Positions 1-10,011 of a stretch of 64,000 nt of DNA are shown here, piece after piece. The stretch is from Candidatus Bathyarchaeia archaeon (GTDB taxonomy: Archaea > Thermoproteota > Bathyarchaeia > 40CM-2-53-6). Location of the stretch: the NCBI GenBank assembly GCA_049517415.1, contig JBEKSC010000009.1, positions 1 through 64,000 of the forward strand, given 5' to 3'. The position numbers were made by a program, and so were the translations under genes. The notes under the pieces are model-generated. The model saw nothing but the letters and a program-made list of their open reading frames with translations, did not search any database and was not told the origin of the DNA. Numbering within the stretch: position 1 is the first letter of the stretch; each line of letters begins with the position of its first letter.

Positions 1-260
1 GGCGATGGAACCAGCTTTTCCATCACATGGAAGAGCGCTGGACCATAAGAATTGGAAACGCCTTTCCAAACTCGTCATTAGCAGCAGTCGATACGGTTTT
101 CGATTTTTGTAAGCGTAGGCAATAGGCTAATGCGCGAATTAGACTCCAGATCATCGGCCTCTCCAACGCACACTTGATTGTTTAGTGTGTCTGCGCACCA
201 CTACACCCTAAATTACCGCACACCCTTCATATCTCTCTGGCAACACGGCCAGGGAACAAA

Positions 261-728
261 GTGAAAATATTGGAAGTTAATCGGCATGCTCCCTTGTTCG
301 CCCACAAGGATATCTTCATCGAGGCGCCGCCTCGAACCGTCTGGAGCCTCCAAACAGACATTGATAATTGGAGCAGGTGGCAACCTGACATAACAGCATC
401 CAACCTCGGAAGCCCCCTCACCGTCGGCTCTATTTTTCGGTGGAGATCCGGCGGTTTGAATGTAACTTCCACTGTCCAAGTGATTGAGCAGGATCATTTG
501 ATTGGCTGGACAGGCAAATCGCAAGGTGCCCAAGCCAAGCATATTTGGAAATTCATGCCGCAAGACAATGGTACGCTGGTTACAACAGAAGAGTCCATGG
601 AAGGCTGGTCGGTTAGGTTGTTGAAACTAGTAATGCCAAAGTTTCTTGATAATTCGCTGAATACGTGGCTGCGGAACCTCAAGATCCAAGCGGAAAGCAA
701 CTACAAAGCAGAAAAGGCAGGCGCCTAA
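261..728 (+). CDS. SRPBCC (polyketide cyclase/dehydrase-like) family protein
   Basis: IEAPPRTVW..DIDNWSRWQP N-terminal signature; typical size. Confidence 0.8.
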   Translation: MKILEVNRHAPLFAHKDIFIEAPPRTVWSLQTDIDNWSRWQPDITASNLGSPLTVGSIFRWRSGGLNVTSTVQVIEQDHLIGWTGKSQGAQAKHIWKFMPQDNGTLVTTEESMEGWSVRLLKLVMPKFLDNSLNTWLRNLKIQAESNYKAEKAGA

Positions 729-902
729 TTCAGGCTCTGCGTGCGTTCTGTTATAGCGTTGGGCTAATTTCCATCGTGGCTATATCAGATTCAAGTCTCG
801 TGGGTGTGAATTGACGAAAAGTTCTAGGTTCTGGCGTGTGAGTATTTCTTGCGGAGTGTGTTTAAAAAATAGAAGAGGAAAGATTGAGGCAGGCGACCTC
901 GT

Positions 903-1328
903 CTATATTCTTGTAAGATTCGCTTGATCTTCGTCGAATACCGTCTGCAGGAAGCCCATAACCGCTTTCTTTACCTGATCATCTGACATTACTGAGGATT
1001 TCCATTCTCCGACCACGGTCACGCCGGTTTCCTTTCCCTTTGGTAGATAGTACTGTAACGATTTCGAACCTGCGAGAGGTCCGTCTAATATCTCGAAGAG
1101 TGCGCCCAACGGAGGCATAGGCGTGAGTCTTGTTCTAACGGTTGTGAGTTTTCCTCCCATGTCTACGTCATAGCTGAGGATCATTGTGTCCTCGCCTGAG
1201 TGTTCACTCTTGTAATTCTTCAGGCTAGGATGATTGTGCTGTCCTTCGGACGCGTTCAACTTCCAAATCTTGTCTAAGGGTGCTTTGAATGTGCTTCCTT
1301 CATCCATTATGAATACCACATACTTCAC
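903..1328 (-). CDS. SRPBCC-like hypothetical protein
   Basis: FKAPLDKIW motif; co-oriented directly downstream of the AHSA1-like gene. Confidence 0.55.
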   Translation of the reverse strand: MKYVVFIMDEGSTFKAPLDKIWKLNASEGQHNHPSLKNYKSEHSGEDTMILSYDVDMGGKLTTVRTRLTPMPPLGALFEILDGPLAGSKSLQYYLPKGKETGVTVVGEWKSSVMSDDQVKKAVMGFLQTVFDEDQANLTRI

Positions 1329-1340
1329 CTCCTACTGTTG

Positions 1341-1910
1341 TCATCGAGCGCTAGAGGATGACTTCACGCGTTCGTCCATTGTCTTCTGCCAGCGTTCCTG
1401 CCATGACGCTTCGTTTTCTTTCCACCATTTATCGAATTCTTGTTGTGAATGTTCGAGGAAGTACTTGAGAACCTCTCCGGCTAGCATTTCCCATCCCACC
1501 TCGTGTCCCCAGTATTCTTCATCCCTTTCTGGGAACCCTTCATGTGTAAGTGTGATTTTGGTTCCGTTTCCTGCTTTTTCAAATTTCACTGTGACTTTCG
1601 AAGGGTTATCGTCGGACCATTTGGGGATTCGCTTACCCGTGTTCTTGTCGTAGTCGTTCATACTCCAAGTGTAGACGAGTAACTGGTTTGGGACAACTTC
1701 AAGAAATTCACCCGTGGTAGCCATGCCGTCCTCTTCTCTGCCCATCTTGAATTTGCCGCCCTTTCTAGGGTCGACTTCGAGATAGTCCGCCATCCATTGC
1801 TGAAGGTCTTCCTTTACCGTAAATGCCCTGTAGACGCGATCGGGTGAGGCGTTCACTTGGAAGACTTTGACGATCGTACCCCTCATCGACTCGGACTCTG
1901 GTTTGGTCAT
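1341..1910 (-). CDS. SRPBCC/AHSA1 (activator of Hsp90 ATPase 1-like) protein
   Basis: ASPDRVYRAFT..LQQW, TKITLTHEGF, GWEM motifs. Confidence 0.85.
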   Translation of the reverse strand: MTKPESESMRGTIVKVFQVNASPDRVYRAFTVKEDLQQWMADYLEVDPRKGGKFKMGREEDGMATTGEFLEVVPNQLLVYTWSMNDYDKNTGKRIPKWSDDNPSKVTVKFEKAGNGTKITLTHEGFPERDEEYWGHEVGWEMLAGEVLKYFLEHSQQEFDKWWKENEASWQERWQKTMDERVKSSSSAR

Positions 1911-1925
1911 TTGCTGGTCAAGAGA

Positions 1926-1950
1926 TAGTTAAGTAGTGCATTAACTACTT
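1926..1950. promoter_or_regulatory. Overlapping inverted repeats in a divergent promoter; probable operator
   Basis: TAGTTAA-N8-TTAACTA (1926-1947) and AAGTAGT-N6-ACTACTT (1931-1950) between the AHSA1 gene and the HTH regulator. Confidence 0.5.
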
Positions 1951-1976
1951 ATACTGTTGGCTAGTTAAATCTCGGC

Positions 1977-2918
1977 ATGCTGAAAGTAAAACCAACTGTC
2001 TTGACTCGGCAGCTCTGGGGACGCCGAGTTGCCGTTGAGGTCAAAGTTGATTCTGGAAACGAACTGCGTACTGAAATCAGAAGCGTTCGGAAGGCGCTCC
2101 GTTCACCCGCCCTGAGCGAACTTTTCGTCCTAGTGGCGAAGGGTATGAATGCGCCAAGCGAAATCGCGGCGAAGACAGCAAAATCGAAGTTTGCGGTAAG
2201 CCTGCAATTATCAAACCTCAGAAGGACAGGATTGTTGAGGTGCCGCTCAGTTGTGGGATTGGATATGCGCAGGAAACGCTATGAGGTCGTGTGGGAGAAA
2301 ATTGCCCAAATCTTTCGTCAAGATCACGCGCTTGAGTTCGACTTGTACGAAAACCACCTGACCATCGAGCCATTAGAGGAAGTCCATGGAACCACAGGCA
2401 AACCAGGCCTGGTGATTTCAGGCGACGGAAAGCTCGGCATGATAAGGGATATCATACCTGACGCGTTTCCCCTAGTCGAGTTGAAAGAAGAACAAGTTCA
2501 TGCAAGTATGAATCAACTCCTTTGGGAGTTTGTCGAACTCTTCAAAGGCTATTTGAAAGAGCGACGATTCGCTACAATTCACGAATACCTGCTTGGGGCC
2601 TACGAGGAGCTGTCGGAGCACTATGCGCGTCTTCCTCGGTCTTCCGAGTTGGCAAAGTTCTTCGAATTCATGGATAGAACCTTTTCCAGAACTCAACCCA
2701 TCGATGTCATTTGGAGGAAGTATGTCACGAAGATCTCAAGGGACAGTACAGTGTTTTACAAAGGCACACCTTCTAGAAAAATGGTCGTAAAGCTTTTCGC
2801 CGAAGCCGGTAGCGCTGATCCCGCGCGGCGTTATCTCCTAAACGCCGAAGCCCAAGCGGTTATTAAGCCTGGGACGGTCCTGAGAATTTACCCTTCATAC
2901 ACTTATCCTGAACCCTGA
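1977..2918 (+). CDS. ArsR-like winged-helix transcriptional regulator with extended C-terminus
   Basis: KALRSP..PSEIAAKTAKSKFAVSLQLSNLRRTGLL HTH; ArsR plus AHSA1 is a common pairing. Confidence 0.65.
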   Translation: MLKVKPTVLTRQLWGRRVAVEVKVDSGNELRTEIRSVRKALRSPALSELFVLVAKGMNAPSEIAAKTAKSKFAVSLQLSNLRRTGLLRCRSVVGLDMRRKRYEVVWEKIAQIFRQDHALEFDLYENHLTIEPLEEVHGTTGKPGLVISGDGKLGMIRDIIPDAFPLVELKEEQVHASMNQLLWEFVELFKGYLKERRFATIHEYLLGAYEELSEHYARLPRSSELAKFFEFMDRTFSRTQPIDVIWRKYVTKISRDSTVFYKGTPSRKMVVKLFAEAGSADPARRYLLNAEAQAVIKPGTVLRIYPSYTYPEP

Positions 2919-3011
2919 GAGGCAGAGTAACCTCAGGGAGGACGAAACCTTGAAAACCTCAGGAACACATATTTGTCCAGTGAATGTCTAAGTGTTTTCG
3001 AGGGAATGAGA

Positions 3012-3380
3012 ATGAGCATACCGGAACGCGTTCAAGCGATTGTTGAGAGGCTGCAAACCTCCGCTAGTGTAAAAACTGTTTACGGGGAGCCGATCAAAGT
3101 CGACGGAAAGACGATAGTTCCCGTAGCAAGGATTGCGTATGGTTTCGGAATGTGTTCTTGCGGGAAGAAAGGCGAAGAACAAGAGCAGCAGGGCAAAGAC
3201 CAGCAGAGTTGCGGCGGAGGAGGTGGAGGCCTGTCGATTAGGCCAGCGGGCGTTCTCGAAATAACTGAGGCTGAGACCCGCTTCATCCCAATCGGCGTCG
3301 GTCGTAAGCTTGCAGGAGCTCTGCTTGTCGGACTCATCCTAGGAGTCTTGATAGCAGGAAAACGTTCCAAAGACAAGTGA
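3012..3380 (+). CDS. GerW/YtfJ family protein
   Basis: VKTVYGEPI..TIVPVARIAYGFG..GGGGGG..P.GVL. Confidence 0.85.
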   Translation: MSIPERVQAIVERLQTSASVKTVYGEPIKVDGKTIVPVARIAYGFGMCSCGKKGEEQEQQGKDQQSCGGGGGGLSIRPAGVLEITEAETRFIPIGVGRKLAGALLVGLILGVLIAGKRSKDK

Positions 3381-3446
3381 GCATGTGAGCTAGTTCGTCC
3401 TAGTTCCAATCAACACCTAGTACAGCCTCAATTATTCGCGCGATAA

Positions 3447-3719
3447 TCATTGGCTTCCTAATTGCATGGCCAAGAGGAGGAAAAGAGCTGCCGTCGCACA
3501 TCCGAATAGTAACCACGAATTGCTCCTACCAGTGAGCGAGGGTTTATGGTATATGTATATCATCATGGCGAAAATTACGAGTTCCGATCCAACCATGGCG
3601 CCAAAGGTTCGCTGGTTCGCAACGAGGTCAAGGAACCATAGGTAGACCGTGATTGTGGCAGCACTCGCGGCCAGGAGCGTTTCCACTGTGTACCTTATCA
3701 TCTCGTCGTCGAGTTTCAA
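3447..3719 (-). CDS. Small 3-TM membrane protein, last gene of the Rieske/cytochrome b operon
   Basis: Hydrophobic; start overlaps the cytochrome b stop. Confidence 0.6.
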   Translation of the reverse strand: MKLDDEMIRYTVETLLAASAATITVYLWFLDLVANQRTFGAMVGSELVIFAMMIYIYHKPSLTGRSNSWLLFGCATAALFLLLAMQLGSQ

Positions 3720-5125
3720 AATGATGAACTCCTAGATGCCACTGCCAGGTTTCTTGTGATTCTCGCCATTACATAAAACGACGTGAAGAGTCCCACGAAG
3801 TTTGGTGCGAGTACTATAAGGTTGACCGAACCCATGGAGAAGGAATCAACAACGTTAGCGAAGCATACGGATCCAATGCACAATAGGACGACGAAGACTG
3901 ACGTGACCCATCGATTCCTGAAGGGAAGCATCATAGCGCGCAGAACGGACCCTGTGACTGATGAGGTTCTTCTGGTGCCCGTTTTCTTGAAGACGAATGC
4001 GGATATCAGTGCTATGGCGAGGGCGACTGTCCCGGTAATTTTCAAGGCTTCGGCATCTGGAATGACTTGACCGGGAGTGAAAAATCCCCAGACCGTCAGA
4101 AGGATGAGCTCCGCAACAACGATGATTCCGATCGTTGTGTAAAGGGGTCTCCTCCGTGGGTTCCGTTCACCTCCCCGGTCAATGAATGGAAGTATAACCA
4201 ATCCAGCCAGCAGGATTGTTACAGCTCCCAGCGCATAGTATATGCCGGAGCCCTCAAAAGAAGCAAACTTCAGAATCTGATACATCCATAGAAAATACCA
4301 CTCTGGTTGAGGCACATAATTCGATGCCGCCTGAGGGGTGAATTGCGCGGGAAGGTTGATTGGAAACAGAGCCGACGCTACGAAGATTATTGCGATGAAT
4401 ATGCAACCAAGCATCGCGAAGTAAAGGTAAACAGTTGGAAACCATGGAATCTCTTTTGATTCTCTTGCACCTGTGACCGGCTCGGCGGCTCCGTGTGCCT
4501 CGAACAGGAACATCTTAAGTGCCAGAAGCGAAAGGAGCGCCGCTGGAAGAACAACGATATGAAGGTCAAAGAATCTTGTAAGCTCGGCGGAGCTGCTTCC
4601 ATCGCCCGCCACTAGGAACGTTATGATGGGCCCTATCTGTGCTGGAAGGAAACTCAACATTCCTATCGAAACGTCCGTGGCCGACTTTGAGATAACCGTC
4701 CACGGAAGCAAGTAGCCTGTGAGGCCGAATCCCATTACTGTCAGCCCCATCAGCATTCCTATTACCCACATCATTTCTCTGGGCCTTTTTTGAACGCTCA
4801 CAAAGTATCCTCGAAACAAGTGAAGAAGTGCTAACATTATCATTGCATAGGCGCCATAGAGGTGTACAGTCTCCAAGAGCCCTCCGAGAGGCACGTTTCT
4901 GAAAATGAACTGAGTGGAGGAATAAGCTTGGTCGACCGTCGGCACGTAGTAGATCATCATGAGAAGACCCGTGAAAACTTGCAATCCAAAAGCGATTACA
5001 GTTAGTGCCCCAAGCCAGTAGAATGGATTCATACTATACTCGGGAACCGGACGCAGCGCATTTGTCCGAAGCCCAAAGCGTGATTTGACCCATTCAACGA
5101 ATTTTCTCCCGGCGTTCACGCTCAT
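3716..5125 (-). CDS. Cytochrome b subunit of a bc-type complex (SoxN/QcrB-like)
   Basis: Heme-ligand His motifs HLYGA/HLFRG/DLHIV, GYLLPW, PEWY. Confidence 0.95.
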   Translation of the reverse strand: MSVNAGRKFVEWVKSRFGLRTNALRPVPEYSMNPFYWLGALTVIAFGLQVFTGLLMMIYYVPTVDQAYSSTQFIFRNVPLGGLLETVHLYGAYAMIMLALLHLFRGYFVSVQKRPREMMWVIGMLMGLTVMGFGLTGYLLPWTVISKSATDVSIGMLSFLPAQIGPIITFLVAGDGSSSAELTRFFDLHIVVLPAALLSLLALKMFLFEAHGAAEPVTGARESKEIPWFPTVYLYFAMLGCIFIAIIFVASALFPINLPAQFTPQAASNYVPQPEWYFLWMYQILKFASFEGSGIYYALGAVTILLAGLVILPFIDRGGERNPRRRPLYTTIGIIVVAELILLTVWGFFTPGQVIPDAEALKITGTVALAIALISAFVFKKTGTRRTSSVTGSVLRAMMLPFRNRWVTSVFVVLLCIGSVCFANVVDSFSMGSVNLIVLAPNFVGLFTSFYVMARITRNLAVASRSSSF

Positions 5126-5131
5126 CTCATC

Positions 5132-5824
5132 TCACCCCGTACCCGAGAACACGGTGGAGCCAGTCACGATGTCTCCACCAGTCAAGTCGTACTGAAGCAG
5201 TTTCGCTGGATCAGTCGTTCCAGGCGGTCCATGTCCAAATATTGTGGGGGGACCCATGCCTATAGCGTAAATGTCGCCTGTGCCATCGTCGTACTTCAAA
5301 ATGACTCGTGGAACAGGCCTGGGTGGAGGCCCACCCAGCACTTGACCGTCATGAAGGAAGTCATATTGTCCTCCGTGACAGCAACAATACCCTTCAGGAG
5401 CAGGGGCGAGGTACGCCGAGTTGCAGGGAGGTGACGAGTTTGGCGTGAGAGCCGAGTAGAAGCATCCGAGGTGCTGGCAGACATTGCTGAATGCAACAAT
5501 GTCTGAATCGGGCCCGACGCCGTTGTCAGCCTTTCTACCGCACTTGACCAGAACATTTGGTGTGTCAACAAGTGGGTAATTGAAATGCAAGGGCTTAGCA
5601 GGGTCAAGTTTCGAGATGTTCGCGATTTTAATGACCGGCCATGACAAGTTGGTCGTGCCTCCTGTGGGAGACGGTACGAACGCGAGAATCCTAAAGATGC
5701 TCGCCAAGGTACCCACGGTAGCCAACCCACCCAAAGTTAGAATGAGTTTCAGAAAGTTCCTTTTGCTCCCTTCTGTTTCGGAGACTTCTCTTTGCTTGTT
5801 TTCTGTCGAGCCCATCATATTCAC
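5132..5824 (-). CDS. Rieske [2Fe-2S] protein (SoxL-like)
   Basis: Tat-like KRNFLK, CQHLGC and CCCHGG motifs, GPPPRP. Confidence 0.93.
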   Translation of the reverse strand: MNMMGSTENKQREVSETEGSKRNFLKLILTLGGLATVGTLASIFRILAFVPSPTGGTTNLSWPVIKIANISKLDPAKPLHFNYPLVDTPNVLVKCGRKADNGVGPDSDIVAFSNVCQHLGCFYSALTPNSSPPCNSAYLAPAPEGYCCCHGGQYDFLHDGQVLGGPPPRPVPRVILKYDDGTGDIYAIGMGPPTIFGHGPPGTTDPAKLLQYDLTGGDIVTGSTVFSGTG

Positions 5825-6090
5825 TCAGAACGATTGCTCGGATTTGCGTATTTCGCCATCAGCAACATGGAGGCAGCCAGCCCAAGTAGTACGAGTACAA
5901 ATGTGACGACGGCAGCAGTTGTTAGGTTGAAGTTTGCTGAATTCGGCGCCGTCGATGTTTGCGTCGTATTTCCAACTGTCGTGTCAGCCCAAGCGCTGTA
6001 ATGGACGGTGGCAAATGAAGCGAAGAAGGAAAAGAGAAGCATCAAAATGAGCATTGGGATCGCTGACGAAATTCTCGACTTTGAAATCAA
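5821..6090 (-). CDS. Small 2-TM membrane protein in the bc operon
   Basis: Two hydrophobic helices around a Thr-rich linker; stop overlaps the Rieske start. Confidence 0.55.
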   Translation of the reverse strand: MISKSRISSAIPMLILMLLFSFFASFATVHYSAWADTTVGNTTQTSTAPNSANFNLTTAAVVTFVLVLLGLAASMLLMAKYANPSNRSE

Positions 6091-6208
6091 CTAAGTCACG
6101 CTCGGAAATGTGGGAGCCAAGACATTTTCTTAGGCATGTTGGTTTTCTTGCCCCTGCACATTATCAGATGGATTATACTAGAAGGAATCACGGCGCAACC
6201 CTTTCCGA

Positions 6209-7066
6209 CTAGCGTCTTCTCCTAGCTAGAGTATCCAAACGATAAGGTACACCAATGGCGATCATTAGAAATGCATAGACTAACACAGTAACCTCCGCCA
6301 TCACCACAAGGTACGCAAGATTACCTGAGGTCAGGTAGATTACACCGTCGCCGCCTGCAACGGATACGGACGCGAGGCCAAGTAATGAGTAAGCCACCCT
6401 TTGCGGCTCCCAATTTGAGGTGGAACTTCCGGCCCCTTCCAGGATTGATACCACCAACACACCGAGAACGAGCGCCACCGTGAGAGCAGCGAACCCAACG
6501 TGAGTAACAACAGCAAAAGCGTACAGAGGAGTTGAAGACGCAGCCGCTCCCGCAATAATTGTCAGAGATAATGCCCCCAGAGCGATGTAAGTCATGATCG
6601 CGGCAGGGGAGAGTTCCCATGCTGTACCTCTCGATATGCGTGATACCTTGGCCAACGAGAATCCTGTAACCGGCATGCCAATTGCTACGCTTGCCATCAT
6701 CGATAAGTTCGTAATCGCAATTTGAGTTGCGTCTCCCGGGTTGCCAAGTAACGCGAAACCAGTGGACCCGGTTAACACCGTGATGAGAAAGAGCACGAAA
6801 TTATACATTGAGACCTTTTTTTCTCCTTGGAGTGCTGCTATGAATCCTACCAGGCCAGTCAAGAGTACAAAAACTGATGATGCCAAACCATGCTCGAGAA
6901 CTTCAGGCAAATTGAATGAGATGTTGTGCACCGTAATGGCCACCCAGATGCCCGCGACATAAGTGACTGCAAGAGAGATGGCTTGAAGATAGATCAAGTA
7001 CAGGAGCGGTTTTATCCTCGGTGTGCTCGTAGCCGCTTTGGATTGCGATGGGTCGAGCATTTTCAA
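6209..7066 (-). CDS. Polytopic membrane protein with two His-containing ~4-TM halves
   Basis: ~8 TM segments; VLEHGLAS and VTHVGFAA. Confidence 0.65.
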   Translation of the reverse strand: MKMLDPSQSKAATSTPRIKPLLYLIYLQAISLAVTYVAGIWVAITVHNISFNLPEVLEHGLASSVFVLLTGLVGFIAALQGEKKVSMYNFVLFLITVLTGSTGFALLGNPGDATQIAITNLSMMASVAIGMPVTGFSLAKVSRISRGTAWELSPAAIMTYIALGALSLTIIAGAAASSTPLYAFAVVTHVGFAALTVALVLGVLVVSILEGAGSSTSNWEPQRVAYSLLGLASVSVAGGDGVIYLTSGNLAYLVVMAEVTVLVYAFLMIAIGVPYRLDTLARRRR

Positions 7067-7073
7067 TCACGCG

Positions 7074-7574
7074 CTATGTTCGATTTGTTGCCTGGAGTAC
7101 CTTTATTGCCCGCATTATTTTGAGGGTCGCATAATATGACAAAAAGAGTGCGAGCATGAAGAGTATCGACATTATCCATCCTGCAGCGAGTGTAACAGCT
7201 CCTGACAGCCTTCCACCACCCGTTTCTAGAAATACTAGGCCTCCCAACGTTCCCACAATCAAGCAGACAACCGCTCCCAGGCTAAACATGGCGACCTTCC
7301 TCATTGCGTAGAGAAAACCTACCACCATGACAATGAAGGTGAAGACGAAGTTTAGGATTGCAGCCACCATGTGGATCATGTTTGAGGGGTCGCTTATGCC
7401 GATCGTGTTCACCCCTCCGGTGATGTAGATGTTGATGTACATTCCAGTAACGTACAGAATAAGATAGACAATGAAGTTCGCGTAACAAAGCCTTAGCGTG
7501 AGCTTGAGGCCAATCAGGCCGAGGTTGCCTATCTCTTCACCCTTGAGAGTCGCATCTATCTGAGCTTCTCCCAT
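7074..7574 (-). CDS. 4-TM membrane protein with His in TM2
   Basis: GMYIN.Y, MIHMVAA, GGLVF. Confidence 0.65.
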   Translation of the reverse strand: MGEAQIDATLKGEEIGNLGLIGLKLTLRLCYANFIVYLILYVTGMYINIYITGGVNTIGISDPSNMIHMVAAILNFVFTFIVMVVGFLYAMRKVAMFSLGAVVCLIVGTLGGLVFLETGGGRLSGAVTLAAGWIMSILFMLALFLSYYATLKIMRAIKVLQATNRT

Positions 7575-7577
7575 CTT

Positions 7578-8108
7578 CTATCGTCTACCTGTAAGTGTTT
7601 GAGCGGGCATTTGATATTTGATCCGGACATCTTCGCTGACGATGAATATTCTACTCATGAATGTCAGGATGACGGCCGTGAGGAATACAGACGCCATGAT
7701 GAAAGTGGAAAGATTTGCCAAGTCGCCATTACCTATAGAAGAACTTCCGAAGTACATGAACAGCATACCGCAAACAAATCCGACCATCCGTGCAGTGATC
7801 GCCCCAGCGTGTAGCAAAACCACCTGCATGAGTTTGGTCCTCATAGCCAACACTATCACAGGGATACTCATACTCGTGCTCAGAACTGCAAAAGCCACAT
7901 GAGCAAAGAGCGAAGGAGCTGCGAACAACTGCAAAAAGATACTTGTAAAGTCGGGTTGCAAGCTATCGGGTATTACGTAGTAGTAGTTCACCAACATTCC
8001 CGCAGCAATCGTCGCCCAGTAGAAAGCAAATTGCAGGTACAAGAAAAGATAGATCAGGTGCAGAGTCTTCCCAAGTTCACCTTCTTCAACTCTCTTGACC
8101 TCCCTCAA
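7578..8108 (-). CDS. 4-TM membrane protein with His in TM2
   Basis: GMLVNYY, LFAHVAFA, GMLF; resembles its neighbours. Confidence 0.65.
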   Translation of the reverse strand: MREVKRVEEGELGKTLHLIYLFLYLQFAFYWATIAAGMLVNYYYVIPDSLQPDFTSIFLQLFAAPSLFAHVAFAVLSTSMSIPVIVLAMRTKLMQVVLLHAGAITARMVGFVCGMLFMYFGSSSIGNGDLANLSTFIMASVFLTAVILTFMSRIFIVSEDVRIKYQMPAQTLTGRR

Positions 8109-8146
8109 CTCAATACCATCCCACTCTGAGGTTAGCTCAGTGAAAT

Positions 8147-8168
8147 CGCAACTCTTGAATGAGTTGCG
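8147..8168. promoter_or_regulatory. Perfect inverted repeat upstream of the bc operon
   Basis: CGCAACTC-TTGAAT-GAGTTGCG; TTTAAA box at 8183-8188; extra half-site GCAACTC at 8203-8209. Confidence 0.5.
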
Positions 8169-8371
8169 GACGCACTGAGTTCTTTAAACTTTCGGAACTT
8201 AGGCAACTCGTAACAGATTGGTTTGCAAACACTTCAGCGAAGTGATAGACGGGGATCGTACAGGTGACTTTAGAGTTAGAGATGAAACTTAAGAGCTTGC
8301 GTACATGGTTCGGCCGAGAGCTATCGTAAGAGGGCGACCCTGACCATTACGCTTGGGAGAGATGAGGTGAA

Positions 8372-9946
8372 ATGGAGTACAAGTGGAAGACTTTCTCAGT
8401 GACTTCGGTTGGCTCGCTTATGGCAGCGGTAGATAGCACCATTGTCCTATTGGCACTTGTTCCAATAGCCGAAGAACTCAACTCTGACTATGTTACGATG
8501 GTTTGGGTCGTAGTCGCCTACATTCTAGCTAACACGGCATTGGTGCTAAGCCTCGGCCGTCTCGCGGACATCTATGGGCGGAACAGGCTGTACAATGTGG
8601 GTTTCGTTGTGTTCATACTTGGCTCAGCGCTCTGCGGTTTCGCCGTGTCTGGCCTAACTCTTGTGGGGTTCAGAGCCATACAAGGCGTAGGTGCAGCGCT
8701 ACTGGCTGCGAACTCATTCGCCATCCTCTCCGAGGCCTTTCCAGGGAACGAGCGAGGCAAAGCATTTGGTGCTAATTCGATTGTCTGGGGCTCTGGAGTC
8801 GTTCTCGGAATAGTACTAGGCGGCCTGATTATAACGTACACGAGCTGGCGTTTGATTTTCCTAATCAACATACCAATTGGCATCTTTGGAACGATTTGGG
8901 CGTACCGAACCCTGAGAGAAAACAAGACCGAGCTGACAAGCAGGTACATCGACCTCCCTGCAACCGTGTCATTCACAATCGGTCTGCTCGCTTTAATGTT
9001 CGGTGTCACCTGGGGCATCATCTATTCCTGGCGCGATCCCATCACGCTTCTTTCGATCGCTGTTTCCCCGTTCATTTTGGGGTTTTTCGTGTATTGGGAG
9101 ATAAAACGTAGCAAGGATCCCGTGGTTGATTTCGCTCTGCTGAAGAACAGGGTCTTTACGCTATCGCTGACGACTGCGATGTTGCAGTCCTTGGCCTTGT
9201 TCAGCGTGGATTTTCTTCTCCTATTCTACTTAGAAGGCGTTGCAGGGCTTTCGGTGCTCACGGCTAGTTACCTGATAATCCCGATGGCGGTTTCACTATC
9301 CTTGGTCGGACCGTTTGCGGGGCGACTTTCAGACAGGTTTGGAGCTCGAATAATAGCTTCTCTAGGATTGGCAATACAAGTAGTTGTCCTGTTTCTGTTG
9401 AGAGGGCTTACGACCACAACTCCACTTATTCAGATCGGAATCATAGAAGCCATTTACGGCGTTGGGGGCGGATTGTTCTGGCCAGCGAATACGAGCGCGA
9501 TTATGGCGTCCTCGCCGCCTGCCCGTTACGGTGTAAGCTCAGGAATGATGAATACTTTCAGGAATACTGGAATGGTGATGAGTTTCGCGTTGTCGTTGAC
9601 TGCGGTATCGGGAGTGATACCGTCCAGCATCCTCTTCCAACTCTTCATAGGCACTTTTTCAGGTACCCTAGCGCCTAAGTACGCTTCCGCGTATCTTTCA
9701 GGCCAGAGTTACGCGTTCGGAATATCAGCAGTCCTGCTTATCGCATCCTTATTGTTCTCGCTGATCAGAGGAAAGGAAAGCAGGCAAGCCGTAACTATGG
9801 AAACGGCTGCAAAAATACCCGCCAGAATACCGTTAGAAACCAAGTTCGTGCTTGAACCAACTAATTCCCACTCTCCTGAACCGCGGCAGCGTGAACTGCA
9901 TTCTACTGTCGACAGCATCGAGACCAAGACCGTGAATAGTCACTAG
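8372..9946 (+). CDS. MFS transporter, DHA2 (EmrB/QacA) family
   Basis: DSTIV, GRLADIYGR, WRLIFLINIPIG; ~14 TM. Confidence 0.92.
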   Translation: MEYKWKTFSVTSVGSLMAAVDSTIVLLALVPIAEELNSDYVTMVWVVVAYILANTALVLSLGRLADIYGRNRLYNVGFVVFILGSALCGFAVSGLTLVGFRAIQGVGAALLAANSFAILSEAFPGNERGKAFGANSIVWGSGVVLGIVLGGLIITYTSWRLIFLINIPIGIFGTIWAYRTLRENKTELTSRYIDLPATVSFTIGLLALMFGVTWGIIYSWRDPITLLSIAVSPFILGFFVYWEIKRSKDPVVDFALLKNRVFTLSLTTAMLQSLALFSVDFLLLFYLEGVAGLSVLTASYLIIPMAVSLSLVGPFAGRLSDRFGARIIASLGLAIQVVVLFLLRGLTTTTPLIQIGIIEAIYGVGGGLFWPANTSAIMASSPPARYGVSSGMMNTFRNTGMVMSFALSLTAVSGVIPSSILFQLFIGTFSGTLAPKYASAYLSGQSYAFGISAVLLIASLLFSLIRGKESRQAVTMETAAKIPARIPLETKFVLEPTNSHSPEPRQRELHSTVDSIETKTVNSH

Positions 9947-10011
9947 GTCTGAATGAAGCTGCTGAACCCATGACGTAATTGTAAATTTGGCGCCTTTGAG
10001 TGTTGAGGATG

